DNA of 64,000 nt from Thermoanaerobaculia bacterium (GTDB lineage Bacteria; Acidobacteriota; Thermoanaerobaculia; UBA5066): assembly GCA_963719225.1 (NCBI GenBank), contig CAVRAY010000002.1, positions 96,001 to 160,000 on the forward strand, in the 5' to 3' direction. The notes beneath the pieces are model-generated. The model saw nothing but the letters and a program-made list of their open reading frames with translations. It was not told the DNA's origin and did no database searches. Of this stretch, positions 56,444 to 64,000 are shown in pieces. A program made the position numbers and the translations under genes. The first letter of the stretch is position 1. Each line of letters opens with the position of its first letter.

Positions 56444-58360
56444 CTAGGACAGGATCTCCCGGACTTTGCTCGCGAGGATCCCGGGCGTGAACGGCTTCTG
56501 AAGAAAGGCATGCCCCGACCCGAGCTGGCCGCTGCGGACCACGCCGTCGTCCGTGTAGCCGGACATGAACAGGACTCGGACGCCCGGTCGCATCTCCTCC
56601 ACGCGGGACGCGAGCTCCGTTCCCGGCATGTCGGGCATGACGAGATCGGTCAGGAGCAGGTTGATCGGCCCCTCCTCCGCTCGGACTCGTTCCAGTGCGT
56701 CCTTCCCGCTGCCCGCGTCGATCACGCGGTAGCCGCGTCCCTCGAGAACCCGTTTCGCGAGAGCGCGGATCGCCGGCTCGTCCTCCACGACCAGGATCGT
56801 CCCGGTTCCGGAAATGGAAGGGGAGTCTGCCGCGCGCGGGACGCCTACCTCGGCGGCCTCTTCCAACCTTGGAAGGTACACCTTGAAGATCGTTCCCTTT
56901 CCCGGTTCGCTGTACACCCAGATGTTCCCGCCCGACTGCTTGACGATGCCGTACACCGTCGAGAGTCCGAGCCCCGTTCCCCTCCCCTTTTCCTTCGTCG
57001 TGTAGAAGGGCTCGAAGATGTGCGCCTGGGTCTCGGCATTCATGCCCGTGCCGGTGTCGCTCACGGCCACCATCACGTAGCGGCCCGGCTGGACCGTGAC
57101 GTGGCGCTGAGCGTAAAACTCGTCGAGATCGGCGTTGGCCGTTTCGATCGTCAGTCTGCCTCCGTTCGGCATGGCATCGCGGGCGTTGAGGACCAGGTTC
57201 ATGATCACCTGCTCGAGCTGCCCGTAGTCCGCACGGACCCTTCCCGCAAGCGCATCGAGCTTCGTCGCCAGCTCCAAATCCTCTCCGATCAGGCGCCGCA
57301 GCATCTTCTCCAGGTTACGAACCAGCTCGTTGACGTCGAGAACGACCGGCTCGAGCACCTGCTTGCGGCTGAAAGCGAGGAGCTGCTGAGTCAGCGCGGT
57401 CGCGCGCTCCGAAGCGCGGATCATTTCATCGAGCTCCTCGCGGCCGGGGTCGCCGGGCGCCAAACGTGAGGACAGAAGGCTTCCGTATCCGAGGATCGCC
57501 GTCAGGAGGTTGTTGAAGTCGTGCGCGACGCCGCCCGCGAGCCGCCCGACGGCCTCCATCTTCTGCGAGAGGCGAAGCCGCTCCTCGAGAACCTTCTGCG
57601 AAGAAAGGTCCACGATGTGGGCAATGCAGGCTCCTTCCGAGGCCGGCAGCATCGCGACGCCGATCAGGACCGGCACGCGCTTCCCGTCCTTTCGAAGGAG
57701 CTCCTTCTCCCAGGAAGACGCGACGCCCGTTCGCTGCAGCTCTTCGACCGCCTTCCTGTCTCGCTCGAGATGCTCAGGCGGGGTCAGCTCGTCCCACTTG
57801 ATCCTTCCCGCAAGGAGCTCCTCTCGGGTGTACCCCAGCATGTCCAGGTAGGCGTCGTTGGCCTCGAGCGTGCGGCCGGCGAGATCCGCGATCACGATCC
57901 CGATCGTGTGCGAATCGAAGAGCCGCCGAAACCGCTCCTCGCTACGCCGCATCCCCTCTTCGGCCTTTCGTCTTCCCCGCCGCTGCGCGGCCTGCGCGAG
58001 CTCTCGCCCGACCGCTGGAGCGAGGCGCGTCAGGCTTCCTTTCAGAATGAAGTCCTGCGCGCCCGCCCTCATCCCCTCGACCGCGACATCCTCTCCGACA
58101 GTCCCCGAGACGATGATGAAAGGCAGGTCGAGCCCGGACCTCTGGAGCGTCGCGAGAGCGGCCGGCGCGCTGAAAGCCGGCAAGTTGTAGTCGGAGATGA
58201 CGAAGTCCCAGGACTCCTTTTCGAGCGCGGCCTTCATCGCCTCGGCCGTCTCGACACGCTTCGAGGACACGTCGTAGCCGACGCGCTCGAGCTCGCGCGC
58301 CAGGAGGCGCGCGTCGTCTTCCGAGTCCTCGACGATGAGGACCTTGAGCGCTTCCGCCAT
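56444..58360 (-). CDS. Hybrid sensor kinase (REC-PAS-HisKA-HATPase-REC)
   Basis: LIVEDS, PAS, AHDFNNLL, NARDA, DTGTG, GTGLGL and C-terminal REC. Confidence 0.95.
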   Translation of the reverse strand: MAEALKVLIVEDSEDDARLLARELERVGYDVSSKRVETAEAMKAALEKESWDFVISDYNLPAFSAPAALATLQRSGLDLPFIIVSGTVGEDVAVEGMRAGAQDFILKGSLTRLAPAVGRELAQAAQRRGRRKAEEGMRRSEERFRRLFDSHTIGIVIADLAGRTLEANDAYLDMLGYTREELLAGRIKWDELTPPEHLERDRKAVEELQRTGVASSWEKELLRKDGKRVPVLIGVAMLPASEGACIAHIVDLSSQKVLEERLRLSQKMEAVGRLAGGVAHDFNNLLTAILGYGSLLSSRLAPGDPGREELDEMIRASERATALTQQLLAFSRKQVLEPVVLDVNELVRNLEKMLRRLIGEDLELATKLDALAGRVRADYGQLEQVIMNLVLNARDAMPNGGRLTIETANADLDEFYAQRHVTVQPGRYVMVAVSDTGTGMNAETQAHIFEPFYTTKEKGRGTGLGLSTVYGIVKQSGGNIWVYSEPGKGTIFKVYLPRLEEAAEVGVPRAADSPSISGTGTILVVEDEPAIRALAKRVLEGRGYRVIDAGSGKDALERVRAEEGPINLLLTDLVMPDMPGTELASRVEEMRPGVRVLFMSGYTDDGVVRSGQLGSGHAFLQKPFTPGILASKVREILS

Positions 58361-58809
58361 CAGGCTCCTCTTCGAACGGGAGGCGCCTCGTTGAGAACGA
58401 GCCAGTAGAGGCCCATGTGCCGCGCCGCCTCCATGAACTGATTGAAGTCCACGGGCTTGCGCACGTAGCTGTTGGCCCCGAGCGCGTAACTGTTGACCAG
58501 GTCCTGCTCCTCCTTCGAGGAGGTCAGAACGACGACCGGCAGCAGCTTCGTCCTTTCGTCGGCGCGCAGCCGCCGCAGGACCTCGAGGCCGTCGATCTTC
58601 GGCAGCTTCAAGTCGAGAAGGACCATCGTGGGCATCTCGGCCATGTCCCGTCCCGCATGGCGTCCCGTTCCGAAAAGGTAATCCAGCGCTTCCACGCCGT
58701 CGGCCGCCACCACGATCCGGTTGGCGATGTTGTTCTTCCCGAACGCGCGAAGCGTCAGGGCGACGTCGTCCGGATTGTCTTCCACGAGCAGGATCGTCTT
58801 TTCTGCCAT
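58360..58809 (-). CDS. Single-domain response regulator (Rcp1-like)
   Basis: ILLVEDN, LLDLKLP, LTSS and ANSYVRKP. Confidence 0.93.
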   Translation of the reverse strand: MAEKTILLVEDNPDDVALTLRAFGKNNIANRIVVAADGVEALDYLFGTGRHAGRDMAEMPTMVLLDLKLPKIDGLEVLRRLRADERTKLLPVVVLTSSKEEQDLVNSYALGANSYVRKPVDFNQFMEAARHMGLYWLVLNEAPPVRRGA

Positions 58810-58819
58810 GTCTCCCCTC

Positions 58820-60031
58820 TCACAGCGTGAATCGGAAGGTTGCCCCCCCGCCCACCGCGCCTTCCGCCCAGACGCGTCCGCCGTGCCGGCGAACGATCCG
58901 CTGCACCGTGGCGAGGCCGATACCCGTGCCTGGGAACTCGGCCTCGGAATGGAGCCTCTGAAAGGCGCCAAAGAGCTTTTCGCCGTAGGCCATGTCGAAG
59001 CCAGCGCCGTTGTCGCGGACGTAATAGACCGGTCCGCTGCTCTGCCGTTCGACGCCGAACTCCACACGCGCCTCTGGCCGCTTCGATGTGAACTTGAAGG
59101 CGTTGCCCAGCAGGTTCTCCAGGACCTGCTGCAGGAGCGTCTGGTCTCCCTCGACGATGACTCCCTCCTCGATCCGGGTGTCCACGTGCCGGTCCGGCTC
59201 TGCGCGCGCCAGCTCGGCCACCACGCGGCGGGCCGTCTCGCTCAGGTCGACCCGCGACCGTTGCAGGCCCGCCCGGGTGACCCGCGAGAGATTGAGCAGG
59301 TCGTCGATCAGGCGCGACATCCGGCCGGCGCCCGCCCGAACCCGCACGAGCGCGTCCCGTCCCGAGTCCCCGAGCCTCTCCCCGTGATCCTCGAGAAGGA
59401 TCTGGCTGAACCCATCGATCGCCCGCAGCGGCGCGCGCAGATCGTGGGAGACGGAGTAGGCGAAGGCTTCCAGCTCCTTGTTGGCCTCTTCCAGCTGCGC
59501 GCTGCGTTCGGCCAGGACCTGCTCCGCCCGCTTGCGCTCTTCCTCGACCCGCTTGCGGGCGGTGTTGTCGGTGCCGATCAACAGATAGCCGATGATGGCG
59601 TTCTGGGCGTCGCGCAGCGCCGTGACGGACACCACCGCCGGGAACCGGCTGCCATCCTTGCGGAAGTAGGTCAGCTCGTAGATGTCCTCGATCCCACGCG
59701 AGGCTTTGAAGACCAGGGCTTCGAACCCAGGCGCAATCGGGGTCTCGAATTCGAGGCTCAAGGCGGTGGCGCGGGCGATCACTTCCTGCGGATCTGAAAT
59801 CTCGGCCGGCGTGATCTTGTTCATCACCTCCGCGGCCGTGTAGCCGAGCATCCGCTCGGCGCCGACGTTGAAGATCTGGATCACGCCCTTCGCGTCTGTT
59901 GCGATGCTCGAGAAATTGGCGCTGTTGAAAATCGCGCTCTGCAGGGCTCCCGTCGTCAGCAGAGCATCTGTGTGTCGAACGTCTGTCGCGACATCAGTCT
60001 CAGTGGCAGTACGTTTTTCGACGGGAAGCAT
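58820..60031 (-). CDS. Cytoplasmic PAS sensor histidine kinase (phytochrome-type HK core)
   Basis: PAS (FNVGAERMLGY...RKDGSRFP), SHDLRAPL, NAFKF, DNGAG and GTGIGLA. Confidence 0.92.
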   Translation of the reverse strand: MLPVEKRTATETDVATDVRHTDALLTTGALQSAIFNSANFSSIATDAKGVIQIFNVGAERMLGYTAAEVMNKITPAEISDPQEVIARATALSLEFETPIAPGFEALVFKASRGIEDIYELTYFRKDGSRFPAVVSVTALRDAQNAIIGYLLIGTDNTARKRVEEERKRAEQVLAERSAQLEEANKELEAFAYSVSHDLRAPLRAIDGFSQILLEDHGERLGDSGRDALVRVRAGAGRMSRLIDDLLNLSRVTRAGLQRSRVDLSETARRVVAELARAEPDRHVDTRIEEGVIVEGDQTLLQQVLENLLGNAFKFTSKRPEARVEFGVERQSSGPVYYVRDNGAGFDMAYGEKLFGAFQRLHSEAEFPGTGIGLATVQRIVRRHGGRVWAEGAVGGGATFRFTL

Positions 60032-60051
60032 GCATTCCCAGTATCGCCCCG

Positions 60052-62334
60052 TCAGGCCTTTTTCGTCTCCGGCGGATTCGCGCGCAGCGACCTCAGCCGC
60101 CTCTCCGCCTGCCCCGCCTTCCGGCGCGCGTCGCTCGCGTCTTCCTTGGGCCCCAGGATGCCGCGGATCGCCGCGAGAGCGCCCCAGCTCTCCGGGCGGA
60201 AGGGCGCCAGGCGCGTCGCTTCCTGCGCGGCGGCGAGGGCGTCCTCGAACGCGCCCTGGCGCTCGAGATGCCGTGCGTGCGCGGTCGCCATTTCCCACGA
60301 GTCGGAAAAGGCCTTTCGTCCTCTCGCGAGCAGGGCGACCCCTTCGTCGGCACGTCCGGTCCACTCGCGGTACCGCGCGAGCGTCAGGAAATCGACGGGC
60401 TCGCAGTGCGCGGCGTCCGCGATGATCTTCTCGAAGAAGCTCATCGCCGCGTCGTCCACGACACGGCGCCCGTCCATCTCGACGCCGAGGACGAAGCCTT
60501 CGGCGAAGGCGAGCGCGCGATTTCGCGCGAGCGCCACGCTGTCGGGGAAGACGGCGAGCGAGCGGTTGCACTGCGCGAGACAGGCCGCGTACTCGCGAAG
60601 GGAGAGGAGACACTTCGCAAGGAGCTCGGCGGACTCCCGCGCGCGGCGCGTGTCGCGCGCCTCCGAGAGCCCCTCGAGGACGGCGCGTGCCTCCGGCCAG
60701 CGCTCGAGGGCCGCGAAGGCTCGCGCGAGCGGAAGTCGCCACGAGGGATCCAGAGGAGCCTGTTCCCGCGCTTCCGAGAGAAGGGCGACGGCCTCGTGCA
60801 GGGAGGCGAAGCCCTCGGGAAGGCGTGCCTCGGAGACGTGCGCGGCATGCTCGACGAGCTGCTCGGCGACCGTCGAAAGAGAGCCGGCGTCCCGCGAGAC
60901 GGCGAGCCGCTGCCGCGCGGTGGCGACCGCGTCCGAAGTGAGCCCCTGGACCTGCTGCGCCTCGAGGAGACATTCGAGGAGCTTCGGGTTGCCTTCATGG
61001 GCGGCAAGCCCCGCTCGCGCGGCACGCTCGGCGAGCGCCGTGCGACGGAGAGCGAGGTGCGCCCGTGCCAGGAAGATGAACAGATCGACCGGCTTTTCGA
61101 CCGCGCCGGAGAGAGCGTCGAGGGCGGTGGCGGCCTCCGCCGGGCGGCCGAGCTCGAGGAGCCCTTGCGCGAACGTGAGCACGGCCGTCTGCTGCAGGGG
61201 GTCGTCGGGAAGCTCGCGCACGACAGAGGGCAGGACGACGCGCGAGAGGAGATCGACCGCGCCCTTCCAGTCGCCTTTCCCCGCGAGCCTCTTCGCTTCC
61301 TCGACGTCGCGCGCGGCGCCGCGAACGTCGACCGAGGCTCGCCCCTCCACTCCCCGCCCCGTGATGACCGCGCCGCCGGCGACGCGCGCCCGGAGCACGC
61401 CGACGTTGCGCGACGACGCCTGATAGCGCATTTTCGGAACGAAAGGCGTCACCGTGATGCCGCGCCGGGCCGCGGCCATCGTGAGGACGTTCACGAAGGC
61501 TTTCCAGTCGGAAAACCGGTCGTGACGCTCCCGCTGCAGGCAGCGCATGGTGACGTCCTCGGCTCCGAACGAGGTCTTGCGAAAGAGCCCGCTCGCGATT
61601 CGCGGGGGCTCGCCGCGAATTTTTGCCTCGCGGATCTCGTGCCACGTGCCGGAGAACGGAATGCGGCCGGTTTCCCACTCGTACATGAGGCAGCCGAGGC
61701 TGTAGATGTCGGACCTCAGGTCGAGCGGGACGCCGCCCAGGAGCTGCTCGGGCGAGGCGTAAGCCGCCGTGCCGAAGATCAGGTGTCCGCCGTCGGGAGT
61801 CGACTCCAGCTCGCCGTCGCCGAGAGGCGACGAGATGCCCCAATCGCTGACCGCGGCGCGCCCGAGCTCGTCGAGGAGGATGTTCTCCGGCTTGAGGTCA
61901 CGGTGCACGATGCGATGCTCGAGGGCGGCCCACTCCAGGGCGCCCGCGATGCGCACGAGCGTCCTGTAGAACAGCTCGGGATCCTTCGAGAGCATCTGCG
62001 ATCTCAGGCTTCCGCCCGCCATCCACCGCGAGCAGACGACCGGCATCTTCTCGAGCGGAAAGACGCACAGCGCCTCCACGATGCCGTCGCAGACGGAGAG
62101 GGTCAGCCAGACCTGGAGCTCGGCCAGAAATCGCTCGAAGTCCTCCTTGCTGTTGCCGCCGCGCGGCAGCGCTTTCAGCGCGAAGCTGGGGCCCGACGGC
62201 GTCTGCCTCACGCGCGCGCAAACGCCCATTCCTCCCCGGATGACGTCCATCACCGTGAACACATCCGAGTCGAAGCCCTGCGTCCGCGCGAGGGCGGGCA
62301 GGGACAACTCTTCTCCGGGGCGAAAAGGAACCAC
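60052..62334 (-). CDS. Ser/Thr kinase with C-terminal TPR-like repeats
   Basis: GGMGVC, FALK, HRDLKPEN, DWG (variant of DFG), GTAAYASPEQ; Ala/Leu helical repeats. Confidence 0.88.
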   Translation of the reverse strand: MVPFRPGEELSLPALARTQGFDSDVFTVMDVIRGGMGVCARVRQTPSGPSFALKALPRGGNSKEDFERFLAELQVWLTLSVCDGIVEALCVFPLEKMPVVCSRWMAGGSLRSQMLSKDPELFYRTLVRIAGALEWAALEHRIVHRDLKPENILLDELGRAAVSDWGISSPLGDGELESTPDGGHLIFGTAAYASPEQLLGGVPLDLRSDIYSLGCLMYEWETGRIPFSGTWHEIREAKIRGEPPRIASGLFRKTSFGAEDVTMRCLQRERHDRFSDWKAFVNVLTMAAARRGITVTPFVPKMRYQASSRNVGVLRARVAGGAVITGRGVEGRASVDVRGAARDVEEAKRLAGKGDWKGAVDLLSRVVLPSVVRELPDDPLQQTAVLTFAQGLLELGRPAEAATALDALSGAVEKPVDLFIFLARAHLALRRTALAERAARAGLAAHEGNPKLLECLLEAQQVQGLTSDAVATARQRLAVSRDAGSLSTVAEQLVEHAAHVSEARLPEGFASLHEAVALLSEAREQAPLDPSWRLPLARAFAALERWPEARAVLEGLSEARDTRRARESAELLAKCLLSLREYAACLAQCNRSLAVFPDSVALARNRALAFAEGFVLGVEMDGRRVVDDAAMSFFEKIIADAAHCEPVDFLTLARYREWTGRADEGVALLARGRKAFSDSWEMATAHARHLERQGAFEDALAAAQEATRLAPFRPESWGALAAIRGILGPKEDASDARRKAGQAERRLRSLRANPPETKKA

Positions 62335-62437
62335 CTGTCTTCGATTCTCTCACTCCCGCGACGCCGGACCGGTCCAGAACCGGAACGGACCTTTACGCGT
62401 ACGATGGCGCGCCCCGAATTTCCGAAGAGAGGACTCC

Positions 62438-64000
62438 ATGAGACGTCTCTCGCTCGCGGCGGCCGCCGCACTCGTTCTCCTCGCCGCGCCCGTCGCTCGC
62501 TCCCGGGGCGGCGATGCCGAAGAACACGCTTCAAAACCCCTCACGCTCGAGAAGATCTCGGAGCCGTCGCCCGACGGGGCCGGCGCCGGCGGCTTCGTCT
62601 GGCGCGACGCGAGCCACGTGACCTGGCTCGTTTCCGAGGGCGCCGGACCGGAGGCCTCCGCGACGCTCTGGGAGTTCGACGCCGCCCGTGGGACGAGGCG
62701 GAAGCTCTTCGCGCCGCTCTTCGTGAAGGATCGGGCGGGCAAGGAGCGGAAGCTCTCGCTTCGCGGCGGGAAGTGGAGCCCGAAGGGAGACGCTCTCCTC
62801 GTCCCCTTCGACCACGACCTGTGGCTCCTCGTTCCCGGCGGCGAGCCGAGACGTCTCACGAATGATCCCGACGACGAGGAGGCTCCCACGTTCTCTCCGG
62901 ACGGCTCGCGTCTGGCATACGTGAAGAAGTCCGACCTCTTCACGCTCGAGCGCGCGACCGGGATCGAGACCCGCCTCACGACGACGGGCGGCGAGCACGT
63001 CTTCAACGGCAAGCTCGACTGGGTCTACGAGGAGGAGCTCGCGCAGCGGGGCGCCAAGGGCGCGTACACGTGGGCGCCAGACTCCTCCGCGATCGCCTAC
63101 CTCCGCCTCGACGAGAACCGCGTGCCGGCGTTTCCCGTCGTGGATTTCACGCCCGTGAACGGCAAGGTCCTCCCCCAGCGCTATCCGAAGGCGGGCGACG
63201 AAAACGCGATTCCGTCGGTGCACGTCGTCGACCTCACCGGCAGGGAGACCGGCTCTTACGCGCCGGCGCCCGACGACGTCTACGTGGCGCCGGAGCTCTC
63301 CTGGACCTCCGACGGCAAGGAGGCCTGCTTCCTCGTCCTGAACCGCGCGCAGACGACGCTCGACGTCTTCCTCCTGCCGCGCATGGGCGGCGTTCCCAGG
63401 AGGCTTTTCACCCAGACCGACCCGGCCTGGATCAACGCGATCGAGCCGCCGCGATTCCTCGCCGACGGAACGTTCCTGTTCCGGTCCGAGCGCACGGGCT
63501 TCCAGCATCTCGATCGCCATTCGCCGGACGGCACGCTCCTCAACGCCGTCACGAAGGGCGACTGGATGATCGACGGGCCGTGGAGCGTCGACGAGAAGGC
63601 GGGGCTCGTCTTTTTCGTCGCGACCGAGAAGGATCCTCGCGAACGCCACGTGTACCGGGTGAAGCTGGACGGGAGCGGCTTCCAGCGCATCACCCAGGAG
63701 CGCGGCACACATTCGCTCGTTCCGGCTCCCTCCGGGGGGTCCTTCGTGAGCACGTACTCGAACGTCACGACGTCCCCGAAGACGTTCGTGCGCAGGGCCG
63801 ACGGTTCCCTCGTGGCCGTCCTCGTCGACGCGCCCGACCGGCTGGCCGGCTACACCCTCGGTTCCATCGAGATGGACTCTTTCCGCGGTTCCGACGGGAC
63901 GCTCTTCTACACGCGGCTCGTCAAGCCGGTGCCTTTCGATTCCTCGAAGAGGTATCCCGCGATCGTCTTCGTCTACGGCGGTCCGCATGCGCAGCTCGTG
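62438..64000 (+). CDS. S9B dipeptidyl peptidase IV family protein (runs off the window)
   Basis: Not in the ORF track; ATG 62438 with signal peptide; NGKLDWVYEEE, YPKAG..N, SERTGF.H, KP..FD.SKRYP.IVFVYGGP. Confidence 0.93.
   Translation, partial: MRRLSLAAAAALVLLAAPVARSRGGDAEEHASKPLTLEKISEPSPDGAGAGGFVWRDASHVTWLVSEGAGPEASATLWEFDAARGTRRKLFAPLFVKDRAGKERKLSLRGGKWSPKGDALLVPFDHDLWLLVPGGEPRRLTNDPDDEEAPTFSPDGSRLAYVKKSDLFTLERATGIETRLTTTGGEHVFNGKLDWVYEEELAQRGAKGAYTWAPDSSAIAYLRLDENRVPAFPVVDFTPVNGKVLPQRYPKAGDENAIPSVHVVDLTGRETGSYAPAPDDVYVAPELSWTSDGKEACFLVLNRAQTTLDVFLLPRMGGVPRRLFTQTDPAWINAIEPPRFLADGTFLFRSERTGFQHLDRHSPDGTLLNAVTKGDWMIDGPWSVDEKAGLVFFVATEKDPRERHVYRVKLDGSGFQRITQERGTHSLVPAPSGGSFVSTYSNVTTSPKTFVRRADGSLVAVLVDAPDRLAGYTLGSIEMDSFRGSDGTLFYTRLVKPVPFDSSKRYPAIVFVYGGPHAQLV

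Overview
High-GC bacterial chromosomal segment. The protein families suggest Acidobacteriota, probably Thermoanaerobaculia-like (inference). Two core-like flanks surround an accessory block. The left flank (1-27.2 kb) has a Ser/Thr kinase, fabH, a sigma54-driven ABC exporter with a two-component system, aceK, asnA, icd and purE. The right flank (51.2-64 kb) has murF, a YbdK/ATP-grasp/esterase cluster, PAS kinases and a DPP-IV. The accessory block (~27.2-51.1 kb) holds three things. (i) Two copies of a putative signalling module: an OmpR-type winged-helix+FHA regulator, a membrane Hanks kinase with a beta-propeller ectodomain, and a divergent secreted target gene, with a module-specific 11-bp-periodic repeat array in each divergent promoter. 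(ii) A tandem array of secreted BNR-repeat beta-propeller genes with swappable C-terminal domains. (iii) A ~4.6-kb insertion without a recombinase gene that splits one of these genes and carries an orphan 1243-aa protein with a pore-former-like Ser/Gly/Thr segment and a C-terminal HExxH domain. Also noted: a G-domain-only YchF, a collapsed amidohydrolase remnant, a murF with an apparent ACG start, and several apparently leaderless genes. No rRNA, tRNA, CRISPR array, transposase or integrase was recognised. All calls are by eye, with no database searches.
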